Shown here piece after piece: positions 27,885 to 41,110 of a DNA stretch of 64,000 nt. Each line of letters begins with the position of its first letter. Position 1 is the stretch's first letter. The stretch comes from Octopus vulgaris (Eukaryota): NCBI GenBank assembly GCA_951406725.2, contig OX597831.1, positions 8,122,001-8,186,000 on the forward strand. Reading direction: 5' to 3'. The notes beneath the pieces were generated by a model that saw nothing but the letters and a program-made list of their open reading frames with translations, was not told where the DNA came from and did not search any database. A program made the translations under genes and the position numbers.

Positions 27885-29154
27885 AAATTCTTCATAAAAT
27901 ACATGATTATGTCAACCTTAGTGCTGAGCTGGTACTTATTTTATCAAACCTGCCAAAAGGATTCTGTTAATGTTCAAATTTGAACTCAGAACGTGAAGAC
28001 GTATGAAATGCTAACAACTCCACCAGCTTGCCACCTTCGTAATAATAACAACAATAATGATTTCAAATTTTGGCACAAGGCCAGCAATTTCGGGGGAAGA
28101 GGGGTAAGTCGATTACATTGACCCCAGTGCTTGACTGGTACTTATTTCATTAACCCTGAATGGATGAAAAGCAAAGTCGACCATGGCAGAATTTGTACTC
28201 AGAATGTAAAGACAGATGAAATGCATTATTATTATCATCATTATTATTATTATTTGCTTGGCATGCAAATAATAATGATAATAATAATCCTTTCTATTAT
28301 AGGCACAAGGCCTGAAATTTAGGGGAGAGGGATAGTTAATTACATCGACCCCAGTGTCTCACTGGTACTTAATTTATTGACCCTGAAAGGATGAAAGGCA
28401 AAGTCAACTTTGGCAGAATTTGAACTCAGAATGTAAAAACAGATGAAATGCATTATTATTATCATTATTATTACTATCTGCTTGGCATGCAGATAATAAT
28501 AATAATAATAATAATTATAATAATAAGAATTTTAAATAGGTTTTCTTTTGCAGTTTTAGTACAAAAATATAAAAAAAATTTTATGACTGTTAAATAAGTT
28601 CTTCCATCTTAAGACTATGAAAATTTTTTGTGTTTAATCTATCAAACCAACCCATCACCACAAAACATGATTAGCATCATCATCATCATCATCATCGTCA
28701 TCATTGTCACCACCACCACCACCTCCACGCTGCATCTCTCTTGTTGATTGTAAACTAAGACTCTCTTCTATTTAAGAAAAGTTTCTCTGCAAAAAGTGTT
28801 TTTTATTTTCTGAAATATTTTTTTTGGGCTTTTTTTTTTTTTCGTTATTGCAAATGCTTCGTCTTTTTTTTCTTTTTGTGCCCCTCACTCTTCATTAGCG
28901 GTTGCCCAAATACTGGAATGGCATTTGCACCGATTAAACTTCTGAATGGTGTGTGTTTTCTTCGTTCTGGAACTAAGGAATGTTTCATAACTGTACTTAG
29001 CACACTTCCACAACTGACATGACATTTTCAAAAATGGTATCATGAATTTCCAAGTTTTTGTTGCTGTTCTTTACTTAGATTTTGATTACTTCAAGAAACT
29101 GCCAGATGACTTTTCTAAATCATGCATGTTTTATTCTTTCAAATTAATTCAATT

Positions 29155-29255
29155 ACATACATACATAGATACACACATACACACACACATACATACATAC
29201 ATAGATACGTACGTGGACACACACACACATACATACATACATACATACATACATG

Positions 29256-29296
<41 letters not shown>

Positions 29297-29386
29297 GTGT
29301 GTGTGTGTATATATATATATATGTATATTGGTAGATATATATATATATATGAGTAGATATATATATATGTATATGTATGTATATGA

Positions 29387-29436
<50 letters not shown>

Positions 29437-29545
29437 ATAATGTATATGAGTATATATATATATGTGTGTGTGTGTGTATAATGTATATGAGTATATATAT
29501 ATGTGTGGTGTGTGTATAATGTATATGTATATATGTATATATATA

Positions 29546-29641
<96 letters not shown>

Positions 29642-29660
29642 TATGTATGTGTGCGTGTAT
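29155..29660. repeat. Compound (CA/TA/TG/TACA)n microsatellite with a higher-order GTGTATAATGTATATG unit (3 copies)
   Basis: Seen directly. Confidence 0.9.
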
Positions 29661-30175
29661 GAGGAAAAGGTGATTTGGTAACACGTACGCACTTGATGTA
29701 AGATGTTGCTATATAATAAAATGTCTAGGCATCTTAAGAAATCTTGTGTTATGAAAATTGAATAAGCTTTTTGAAATATTTGGTAAGAAAGAACAAAACA
29801 AAAAGGAAAAAAAAAGTCACATGATTGATTATTCACACAAAAAGTAAAATCTTTGAAATATCATCATCATCATCATCGTTGTAGTCTTCTTTTTCTCCTT
29901 CTTTCTAATCCCACCACCACCACCACCACCACCACTACTCTTATCATTATTATTATTATTTTCAAAAGTGTGTGTTTAGTTCTAATGTCTATTTTATAAA
30001 TAAATGTATATAAAACAGACTTGGCCAGTTAGTTTTGAATTGGTATATAAATAAATAAATAAATAAATAATTCTTCTTCTCTTTTCTCTGCAACTAAAAC
30101 AAAACCAGAAAAAAAAAAAAAAACCGGACTCCCCCATCCCTGTCTCCATATTCCTATCCAGTTACATCTCTAATG

Positions 30176-30871
30176 TTAACCCTTTTTGTTACCCTATTTC
30201 TGCTGAAATACATTGCCTTTATTTCTATTAATATTGAAAATAAAACAGAATTTAGAAAAATGATTTTGTCATTATAGGCACAGGAGTGGCTGGGTGGTAA
30301 GTAGTCTGCTTACCAATCGCATGGTTCCGGGTTCAGTCCAAATGTATGGCACCTTGGGCAAGTGTCTTCTACTATAGCCTCAGGCCAACCAAAGCCTTGT
30401 GAATGGATTTAGTAGACGGAAACCAAAAGAAGCCCTTCGTATGTGTGTGTATATATATATATATATATATGCATGCATGTATGTATGTATGTGTGTGTGT
30501 GTGTATATGTATGTGTGTATATGTTTGTGCGTGTGTGTTTGTCCCCAACACCCAACATCGCTTGACAACCAATGCTGGTGTGTTTATGTCCCTGTAACTT
30601 AGTGGTTCGGCAAAAGAGATGGATAAAATAAGTACTAGGCTTACAAAGGATAAGTCCTGGGGTCGATTTGCTCGATTAAAGGTGGTGCTCCAACATGGCC
30701 ACAGTCAAATGGCTGAAACGAAAGAATAAGAATTATGAAGCTTATGTGTTCGAAACGTAATTTTACACAAAATGCAATGGAGAGTGTTGATTTGGTTTAC
30801 TTTAAAAATAGGAGATTTGTGTCATTGAAATCAGGGATGATCTCAGGTGTCTTTAGTGTCAGGAGGGTTAA
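30176..30871. mobile_element. Older family-1-related TTAA MITE interrupted by a SINE
   Basis: TTAACCCTTTTTGTTAC start and GGAGGGTTAA end. A SINE is inserted at 30277-30730 with an ATTAT duplication. Other eroded copies at ~1500-1763 and ~14559-14732. Confidence 0.6.
30277..30730 (+). mobile_element. SINE family A, full length
   Basis: Colinear with 56801-57200. Confidence 0.85.
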
Positions 30872-31277
30872 ATTAGCATTTTATTTGTTTAGGTACAAAA
30901 AGGAAAAAAAAAAAAAAAAAAAAAAGACATGGCATCTGTTTCTCAGAGCATGACTTTATATCACAAATGCTTGAAATGTGTTCCTGCAAAAAACAAAAAA
31001 AAAAATGTATTGAATTTACCAAGTTGGAAATATCAGGCTAGTTGGCATTTAAGTATGTGATAGATTGTCATTGAAGAGAAGCTTTTGTTTCTTATCTCCT
31101 TCATGCAGTGACAACTGGAAATCAATTCTACTATTTCTGAAAGACACAAAAGAGTAAAAGAGTTTACCTATTTGAAATAGATAAATAAATATATATTATC
31201 AACTGTTATATTATACATTATATGTATGTGTATATATATATATATATATAAACTTTATATATATATATATATATATA

Positions 31278-31448
31278 TATCTATACAATATGTTACATTA
31301 CTCGGTAGTCAAGATAAAACTCTGAGTTTCAGATGCCGAAGTGGAAATCCACAACAACCGAAGAGATGGTGTTGTGGATTTCCACTTCGGCATCTGAAAC
31401 TCAGAGTTTTATCTTGACTACCGAGTAATGTAACATATTGTATAGATA
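31278..31448. repeat. Perfect 79-bp-arm inverted repeat with a hammerhead-like motif beginning in the loop
   Basis: 31278-31356 is the exact reverse complement of 31370-31448, with 13-nt loop ACCGAAGAGATGG. Reads CCGAAGA-GATG...CATC-T-GAAACTCAGAGTT. (TA)n on both sides. Confidence 0.85.
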
Positions 31449-31510
31449 AATTTCCTCTATTTACATAATATTGAGGTCTCTTTCTTTCTTTTGTTATCTT
31501 ACCGTTTTAT

Positions 31511-31549
<39 letters not shown>

Positions 31550-31778
31550 CAACTGTTTTAAACAGCTGTAAAAGAAAAAGATAAATTAATAAAAGACTTT
31601 TGCCATCTGGCAAAGTAATTTTTTGTAGGGGGTGGGGCCAGTACTGTAAACATATGTTAAAAAAAAAAATTTTTTTTTACAAAACGGTTAAAGAATATCT
31701 AATCGAATACTGGACATATATTCAAGTAAACAATAGGGTTTTTTTTGTTTTTTATTATCTGGCAGAGTCTGTCTCACC

Positions 31779-31956
31779 CAAGGGTCTCCAAATTTTTAGA
31801 CCATCGACCCGTTCATGGAATCCTTGACCCCCCTCATCGCCCCCCCCCCCCACCTCCCAGGCATGTACAAGGGAATAGATAAATAATAATAATAATTAAG
31901 TAGATGTGCATTTATCAACCCCCAGGGGTCAGTATCAACCACTTTGGAGACCCCTG
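31779..31956. mobile_element. hAT (Charlie-like) MITE
   Basis: TIRs CAAGGGTCTCCAAA and TTTGGAGACCCCTG. 8-bp flanks GTCTCACC and ATCTAACC (6/8 match). Confidence 0.65.
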
Positions 31957-31979
31957 ATCTAACCAAACACTGGACATAG

Positions 31980-32447
31980 CATCATCATCATTATCATTGC
32001 TTTTAACATCCACTTTTCTGTACTTGCATGGGTCGGACAGTGGTTATTGAGGCAGATTTTCTATGGCTGTGTGCCCTTCCTGTTGCCAACCCTCACCTGT
32101 TTTCTAACAAGGTAACACTTCCCAATGGCCAGACATGTTTTCTTCACAGAATATTGGAAATGGATGACACTGCTTGTATGACAGTGACACTCATTTACAT
32201 CTACCACAGTATGTCAAGAGAAAGAGATATGCAAACACACACACACATTCATGCACATAGCTGTCTGTCTATATAGATACATATGTCTATGATGGGCTTC
32301 TTTCAGTTTCCATCTGCCAAATCCACTCACAAGGCATTCATTGCCGTGGTTCTATAATAGACACTAACCCAAAGTGCCATACGATAGGACTTAATCTGAA
32401 ACTCCATGCTTGCAATGTGAAGTTCTTAACCACACAGCCATGCCTGT
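31980..32447 (-). mobile_element. SINE family D (family A head plus AGGAAGGGCA block and (GAT)n tail)
   Basis: Head shared with family A; 3' part related to family B. Similar copies at ~397-815 (-), 14845-15192 (-), 23380-23812 (+) and 47340-47813 (-). Confidence 0.7.
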
Positions 32448-32557
32448 GCTATGTTGATAAAACACTATTTTCTTCTCAACCATAACACTGTAAATACTAC
32501 ACTAGTGTAAAAAAGTTTTCTAAAGGAACTTATTGGAAATCTTACAAATATGGTATT

Positions 32558-32598
<41 letters not shown>

Positions 32599-32989
32599 TG
32601 GCATGTTTTATTGTTGTTGCTTTTATTGGTTTGATTTATTTATTCGTAAGAAAAGAGATAGAATCTGCTTGATGTTAAAAGACTAATCAAAAACAGTAAA
32701 CATGTACAAGAAAACAATGGGCTGCTTCTTTGCCATCTGGCTGGGTCTGTCTTCTCAAACACTGTAAACAGCATAAATAAGAAAACTGATAGACTGTGCT
32801 ACATGGTAGAAAGACTATTTACTCAGATACTGTAAACATGTATATGGTGTAAAGAAAAAAAGAAAAAAAAATCAATTGATTTCTGCCCATTTGGCAGAGT
32901 CTGTTTAACTAGGGACTAGAAACGTTTATATATATATAAGGAAAAAGATAGACTCTGCTATTTGGTAAGACTTAATTAGACATATTTTG

Positions 32990-33383
32990 TCTTTTACTCG
33001 TTTCAATCATTAGACTGTGGCCATGCTGGGGCACCACCCTGAAGAATTTTAGTCAAATGAATTGACCCCAGGACTTCTTTTTTATTCCAAGCTTGGGACT
33101 AATTCTATCAGTTTCTTTTCCTGAACTGCTAAGTAACAGGGATGTAAACACACCAGCAACAGTTGTCAAGTGATGGTTGGGAACAAACACACACACACAC
33201 ACGCACACACACATATATATATGACGGGCTTCTTCCAGTTTCCGTCTACCAAATCCACTCACAAGCTTTGGTTGGCCTGAAGCTGGAATAGATGACACTT
33301 GCCCAAGGTGTCATGCGGTGGGACTGAACCCAGAACCATGTAGTTGGGAAGCAAGCTTCTTACCACACAGCCACACCTGTGCC
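32990..33383 (-). mobile_element. SINE family A, full length
   Basis: Reverse complement of family A. Confidence 0.8.
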
Positions 33384-33768
33384 TATGATACTGTAAACAT
33401 GCATTAGAAAAATTACTAAGTTTTATTTATTTATTTCCTGATGTGTCGGAGTCTAAGTAACCAGGTTGGAGTAAATATAAGAGAAAGGCTCTGTCAGATG
33501 GTAAGAAACTTGCTCACCAACGCAAAACAACAACAACAACCCTACTTTCTCCTTTGAAGGGGTTGATCTCATGCCACTTCCCAACACATTCACCTCTTCT
33601 CTTCCCATCAGCCGTATTGTATTTCTCCCGAGCCTTTGCCCTAGCCACTATACCCAATCCTTCCTACCCTAGAATATTATCTCTCTGCATTTCCCTCCCT
33701 CCACCACAGCTGTTGACTTCCCAATGACTCAAACAAGTTAGGAGGTAAATGTTAAAAAGGTAGAAAGA

Positions 33769-33799
<31 letters not shown>

Positions 33800-33861
33800 C
33801 GGGCCAGAGGCTGGAGTGAGTTTGAGAGGGAATTTATGCTAATCAATCAAATGGACTTTGT

Positions 33862-34091
33862 TTAACCCTTTCGTTACTGAATTTATTTTGAGATGCTCAG
33901 TGTTTCTTCCAATTTATGTTAAATAAAACAAAGAATTAAGTAAAATAACATCGTTATCATTAAGCTGGAGTTAGGGACATAAATTGTGACTGAGGTTTGG
34001 TGGAAGGTTTTAATTCGGAACTTTTGAAAACCAGACATTTGTACTAAAGAGCCAGAGCCGGTTTCAGCTGGGTTGGTAACGAAAGGGTTAA
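33862..34091. mobile_element. TTAA-flanked (piggyBac-like) MITE, family 1
   Basis: TTAA-CCCTTTCGTTAC ... GTAACGAAAGGG-TTAA. Highly similar to 61501-61725. Confidence 0.85.
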
Positions 34092-34166
34092 GAGCAGCCA
34101 AGGACGTCTGCGCGACGCAGCAGCTCTGTCTCTGATGTGGAAACAGTATTGTGCTGTGGGTCTTAC

Positions 34167-34219
34167 CTTGGATTTGTAGAGGGATCGGAAGTCATTGGGG
34201 GCTGAAGTATTTACAGGTT
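34167..34219 (-). CDS. Candidate 53-bp exon
   Basis: Acceptor ctttccttttcag, donor AAG|gtaaga. Frame PVNTSAPNDFRSLYKSK. Confidence 0.2.
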
Positions 34220-34617
34220 CTGAAAAGGAAAGCCAGTCTTTGTGATGTAGTCTTGGATGTGTTGAGGGTCTGTGCTCACCTGGAAAGGTCCTTACTGATT
34301 GTCAGGTCCGGCATTTGAGGGTTCTAGTTGCCTGCTGTCCATGTTTTAGGGATGGGTAGGTGGGGTAAGAGATAATGTTTTATTGATGTTTTATCTTTCC
34401 CTCATTGGACTGTGGCCATGCTGGGGCACTGCCTTGAGTTGTATCATCAGACAGATTGACTTCAGTACTCTTATTTTTTTAACGTCTCATACTGACTCTA
34501 TCAGTCTTTTCTTTTTACAAAACTGTTAGATTATGGTGACATAAACCATATCCATATATTTATGTATTATTTATGTATGTATGTGTGTATATGTATGTGT
34601 GTGTGTGTGTGTGTATG

Positions 34618-34823
34618 CAGTAATCCTTCCCCATATTGCAGTTCATGGTTTATTATTTAATTTTACATTGATTCTTCCGTGGTGTTGTTTTGCATTTATA
34701 ATAAAATAAACATATACAAATTATAAAAATAATAATAAAAAATATAGTACTGTTTCTATTATGCGGATTTTCATCTATCACAGGTGTTTTGGAACGTATT
34801 ACCTGCCATAGTCGAGGGATTAC

Positions 34824-34825
<2 letters not shown>
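34618..34825. mobile_element. pogo/Tigger-like (Tc1-mariner superfamily) MITE
   Basis: Imperfect TIRs CAGTAATCCTTCCCCATAT and ATAGTCGAGGGATTACTG, embedded in (TG)n. Confidence 0.6.
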
Positions 34826-34854
<29 letters not shown>

Positions 34855-35042
34855 TTACAGTATAAGAAACTATTTAAGTATGTTACTAGTTGGATGCCAT
34901 ACATTCCATTTTCTGTCTCTATCATTTGTTATGTATCTATATATATGTATACAAATGTGTGTTATGCTTCCTCACAGTTTTCAGCCACCAAATTCACTCA
35001 GAAGACATTAGTCAGCCCAGGACTATAGTAGGAGACATTTAC

Positions 35043-35244
35043 CCAAGATGCTGTGCAGTTGGACTGAACTCTGTCGGTCGCTCTGCCATGGCTGCACTAA
35101 AATAGATGCGGTCATCATCTCTTTCTGCTGCTGTTGTGGGCAAGCTTGGTATTGGTTCTTCTCCATTAGAGACTACTTTTAATGCTTCCTTCGCAGAATT
35201 AGTGCAAATTTGGCATGAAGTGTCCAGCTTCCTTGTGGATGATG
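35043..35244 (-). CDS. Candidate exon, product unknown, 3' boundary uncertain
   Basis: Branch point and acceptor ccctaaccttctttgtcccag; open frame SSTRKLDTSCQICTNSAKEALKVV...; best donor (gtaaat) lies inside a SINE fragment. Confidence 0.2.
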
Positions 35245-36127
35245 CTGGGACAAAGAAGGTTAGGGAGGAATAAAAGATGGCAAGCATTGATGGAGGTGAC
35301 AGAAAGGAGGATGGATGTATAGAAAGAATTGGAAAGGAAGCATCAGTAAGATTGTGATGAGAATAGGTGTGTATTGTTTTTAAAGATAGATATTGTGTTA
35401 TCTCTTGAACCAGTGGAGCATGACTTCTCCAATATCCTTTAAGCCTCTCAGGTCAGCCAATTTCCGAGAAATTTACCTAATTGATGGGTGACTGTAATTA
35501 GGCAATTATATAATTTGTGAATTCTATCTCATACTAATAATGCACACATTTGATTGCTCGGACACGCTCAAAAGGTCAAGCTATCTTTCACGGAATTACA
35601 CTCTCTCTCCTTTCCTCTCTACTCTTACTACACCTGTACAATTACAACTTAATAATTCACCTCCTCTACCTTCATCTCCTACCATTACTCCTTCTCCGTC
35701 TCCTCCTCTTGTTTCTACTACTATGACTGCTACCTCTCGTGTGTGTGTGGTGTTTGCATTTAGAGGTACCACTTGGAATACAAGGAGCATCGTCACGGGA
35801 GGTTCAGTCTCTTTTCACGTTATGTATGTACACAAGACTATACATGCATGCATACAGGGAGAGAGAGAGAGAGAGAGAGAAAGAGAGTATATGTGGAAGA
35901 AAGACTGCTTGATACTGTTTATAGAGATTAATAATATTTTTATTTTGTGTTTCAGTTAGTCTGTTGCTACTCTAAGTTTTGCTTGCACAGGGTTTTCAGG
36001 CAACTTATGACCAAAATAAGAATATTGTATGTATGTGTATATATTTATATACATATTGGACTTGTCAGTCATGAGCGTGCATGCACGCGACGTGGACAGC
36101 CTTCCTGATCTTCGTTCGCGAAGCCGA

Positions 36128-36174
<47 letters not shown>

Positions 36175-36180
36175 GTCATA

Positions 36181-36570
36181 GGTGCAGTCATGGCTGTGGT
36201 AAGAAGTTTGCTTCTCAATCACATTGTTCCAGGTTCAGTCCCACTGTGTGGCACATTGGCCAAGTGTCTTTTACTATAGCCTCAGGCTGACCAAAGCCTT
36301 TTGATAAATGGAAATTGAAAGAAGCCCATATATACATATATGTGTGTGTGTGTGTGTATGTGCATTTGACCCTCCACCACTGATTGACAACTGGTGTTGG
36401 TGTGTTTACATTCCCATAACTTGGCAGTTCAGCAAAAGAAACTGATAGAATTAGTACCAGGTTTAAAAATAAAAATAAGCATTGGGGTCGATTCCTTCAG
36501 CTAAAATCCTTAAGGCAGTGCCCCAGCATGGTAGCAGTCTAGCGACTGAAACATGTAGAGGACGAAGGAT
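36181..36570 (+). mobile_element. SINE family A
   Basis: Colinear with 56801-57200 but more diverged. Confidence 0.75.
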
Positions 36571-38177
36571 AAAGCTCAGCTTTCACCCCGTCATTCCTCT
36601 AAGTTTTCAAACATATATGTCTGTGTGTGAAAAGACAAAGAGATAATATATTAAAGTATATTAAATATCACTCATCATCATCATCATCATTGTAATCTTC
36701 ATCATCATCAATACTAATAATATGTTTTGTTCTTTCATCTCACTGAAAATACATCACACTACCACATTTTGAATTAATCCATGTGTTATATCTGTAATTA
36801 ATTCATAGCTAAACAGTATCATTGCTATTTATAACGTACATTTCTTGCAACAAATCAAATGGGAAATTTTGATTTTTTAAAAAATTTATTTTAATAGATA
36901 TTTTGTTATTTTGAGAAATTATTCTTCATTTCCATATTTTGTGTAAGAACTGGGAAATCTGGTAAAGGTAAAATTATAATTATTGTACTTTTAGAAGATT
37001 ACCTGACATTATCAACAGTGACAAAAGTACTTTTCCAATGTTATCTGTCATGTAATGAGTAACACACTAATATGGCGTTCAAATCCTGCAGGCAACGTTA
37101 CCGTTTTCTAATTTTTTTATATTGTGTGTGTGCGCATGTGTGTGTGTGTGTGTGTGTGTGTGCGTATGCACTTATATATCTAACAATAGAAAATCTGCCT
37201 CAGCAAATTCCATCTGACCCATGCAGGCATGAAAATGTGGATGTTAAAAATGATGATGATACTATATATATTTATATATATATATATATATAAACAGACA
37301 TGGAGCCTGAACAGCCTCGCAGCTGGTCAGCCCCTGTCAAACCATCCAACCCATGCATGGAAAACGGATGTTAAATGATGATGATGTGTGTGTGTGTGTG
37401 TGTACACATATACACAGACGTGCCTATATGTACATAATACTTATAGGTTTTGACAAGTGTCAAAACCCAAAACTCTCGGCTCTTGGATTACTGTGTAACT
37501 TCTGCCAGTTAAATACAAACAAATACCTAATACTCACACACACGTGTGTGTGTGTATGTGTGTACATCTGTAAGTATAAGGCACATACACATGCACACAC
37601 ACATATATATCATCATCATCATTGTCATAGGATAAATGAGAGGAGAAAGAGTAAAGTTGTACAAATACTTTTTTGTACCAGCATAGTTATCATTATTATG
37701 ATGCTGATGATGATGAAGATGATGTACATAAAATCCCCGTATCGACCCTTGTGGTAAATTCTTGTCTTTACCCGCCCCCCCACTTTTGTTTATACGTTTG
37801 GAAATTCTAATAAAGGCAGATTAGATATTAGATATGTTGATTTATTTCCTTAGCTTGCTACACATATTTCTATGTCCACATCTTAACTTTATTAACCAGT
37901 CATTTCCTCTAGTCATCTAATTTCCCTTCTCTCTCTCTGTCTCTCTCTCTCTCCCCTCTGTGTGTGTGTGTGTGTGCATGCATGTATGTATAGAACGTGT
38001 TTCGCTCTGTGCATTTAAAGCAATAATATACAAACATCTTCATCTTTTAATGCCGTCCTGTCTAACAATCAACATTCATTGTTTCCCTTCTTATCATCAG
38101 TGGAATTATTCGAAAGATAATAAACGGTTTGATCAATTTTTGTGGTGTTCAGTTTCTCTTAGAATTTAATCATTTAA

Positions 38178-38216
<39 letters not shown>

Positions 38217-38281
38217 TAATAATAATAATAATAATGATGATGATGATGATGATGATGACAGTGGTTGCATTACTGCTGATG

Positions 38282-38372
<91 letters not shown>

Positions 38373-38418
38373 TGATGATGATGATGATGATGACAGTGGT
38401 TGCCTTACTGCTGCTGCT
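38178..38418. repeat. (AAT)n(GAT)n-GACAGTGGTTGC.TTACTGCTG duplicated in tandem
   Basis: The spacer recurs at ~38257 and ~38392. Confidence 0.9.
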
Positions 38419-38668
38419 GGTTTCTTTTGATTAAGAACTAGATTGATGGTGTTGTCTAACTACAGCTCAACTCTATCAAGCAAACTTACGATCAAAGCTA
38501 TCCAACCCTGGCCATCCCATCTTAATTTTTAGACACAGTGTTCAGGGCTGTTATTCCAATGCCTTCTTTATAGTTTGATGGACGTGGCTCTTATTTCCAG
38601 CAGATTGGCTGACTATGTAGACATTCCATATTTGGCTTGTAACCTAGTTATTTTTTCACAGGACAAAC

Positions 38669-38713
<45 letters not shown>

Positions 38714-40779
38714 TTGTTCCACAGGCACAAAACTTGGGAGTGTTGTTGATTATCTCAGACCCAGTAGGCTGGTACCTTGTCACTACTGTCATCCCACCCA
38801 CTCCTACCCACCCTTATATAATGCAGTCTACCCATCTCCTCTTCAGCAAAACACTTAACTGTCTATCATCCTCTCAGCACCTGGCATAAGGCCACCTTTG
38901 CCTTTTCTCAAGTACCCTCACCCTCAAACACACACACACATACACACACACACACTTCTTCGAGGGGGCTTTTTCCTTTGCTATTTTTTTTTGTCTTGCA
39001 AGTAACTTGGTGGTTTCATGAGAGCCAGTGGCTTGAAAAAGTGCCGAGTACACCTTGTGGTTGACATTAGGAAGGGCATTGAGCTGTAGAAACAGACAAC
39101 AGGAGCACAATGCAGTCCTGTGGCTTGCTGGATCCTGTCAAACCCTCCAACGCATGCCAGTATGGAAACTGGACATTAGATGATGACGATGATGATGATG
39201 TTGATGATGACCCTGGAGAGATTCAAAAGATTAAAGGTGAACATACCTTGGTGCATTTTGAACTCAGAATGTAAATAGTTTGAACAATTACTGTCTGCAA
39301 AGCATTACACCCAATGCTCTTCTGGTTCTGCCAACTCAGAATTACAAATTTCTTGGGGTATTAAATGTAATTGATTGATGCCAACTCACCGTTTATACCT
39401 GGTTTTTGTTTTTATTGACCCCGCCCCTCCTACTTTCCGGTGATGTGGAAGTCAACTTTGGAATGAGACAATTTGGCACAGCTGTTTGGGTGCTGATGAT
39501 TTGACTTGGCTGATTGGATACTCAACCTGTTTTGGTGATTGTACTTTTTGGCAATGGAAGCAAACACACGCACATGCACAAATATATGCATTGATATAAA
39601 GAGAGAAAGTGAGAGAGAGCGAGAGTGAGAGAGATTTTGTTAATTGAATGTGATTGACATAAGTGTTAACCCTCTCCTCATACACGTAAAGGAAAATATT
39701 CCCACACACAAGCAGAAAGAAGAGGAGGAGGGAGAGAAAGAGAGAGAAAGAAAGGAAACAGAGGGAGAGAGAGGCGAGTGGAGGAGGGAGAGAATGGGAA
39801 ACTTTAAAACATCTGATGTCAAATAAGTCAGTATTGAATCAGTAATGCCAAACAGGTGACGCTAAAACAGCTGTGCCAAAATGTCTCATGCGGTAGAGTT
39901 TGATCTCAAAGTGTAAAGGGATTGAAGAGATGTATGTTGGCACATTGCTGGAGGTGGGAAATATTCAAGTAAATTGATACCAGTATATTACTGGTATTTC
40001 ATTTTTAACAACTCTGGAAGAATTAAAAACAGAGTTGAGATTGTTGGGATCTGAACCCAGAATAGAAAATGACAGGGTATCAGGCCATCACAGGGTTTAA
40101 CCCTCAGCCTAGTTACTGATGGGCCTCATTTTCACTTGTGTGGTCTGGAGCAACAGGAAGTGAAGTGCCTTGCTCAAGGACACAACTTGTTACCCAGTCT
40201 TGGAATCAAACCCACAGCTTCTCAGTCACTCTCAACACCCTAACCACTTAGCCACACACCACCATCGTATGTTCTATAGATCAGAGCATTAACTACAACC
40301 AGGGTTCTTATTTTGTCCACTGGGTCAGAAGGAATGGTAAAATCCAAGTAGCTGCAAGATTTGAACTCGAAATCCTGAGACATCAGAAACTGAAAGATAC
40401 TGTAAATATTTATTTCACAGTAATTTAGGTTTGTGATAAAGGGATGAGATCATTGGAAAGGATGAAATCTATTCATTTCTTTAGCCACTAATGTCAACAA
40501 CAGCACCAATACACACACACACACACACGCGCACACACACATGTAAGTAGTTTTAAGCAAAACAAAAAAAAACTGTGTAAATGAAATGAATAAAACTAAA
40601 AATAGGATTTGTTTGCCTGAATTGTTTTTTGTTTGTTTGTTTTTGTTTTCTTTCAGACAGTGTTGTTGAAATCAGACTGTGATATTGATTTCATTGTTCT
40701 CTCTTTATCCTGTATCTGACAGACAAGTATTAAAATGTCACATTTTATATTTCTTTACTGCCCTCTCTTACTGCCTGCC

Positions 40780-40819
<40 letters not shown>

Positions 40820-40905
40820 CGTGTGTGTTTGTGTGTACATATATATATGTGTATATATATATATATACACACACATACATATGTATGTGTATATATATTT
40901 ATATG

Positions 40906-40953
<48 letters not shown>

Positions 40954-40957
<4 letters not shown>

Positions 40958-41050
40958 AATTGAGTCCAGTAGAGTTGGAATCAAGTAAGTAACTCCCTCT
41001 GTGTGTGTGTATAAGATATATATATATATATATATGTATATATATGTTTT

Positions 41051-41110
<60 letters not shown>

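Noticed and set aside
29042-29836. Overlapping [12 protein letters not shown] ORFs (also near 40.7, 43.7 and 48.5 kb)
   Set aside because: Translations of dinucleotide microsatellites.
38075-38105. CUGAUGA-N8-GAAAC on the minus strand
   Set aside because: Stem II cannot pair and there is no stem I.
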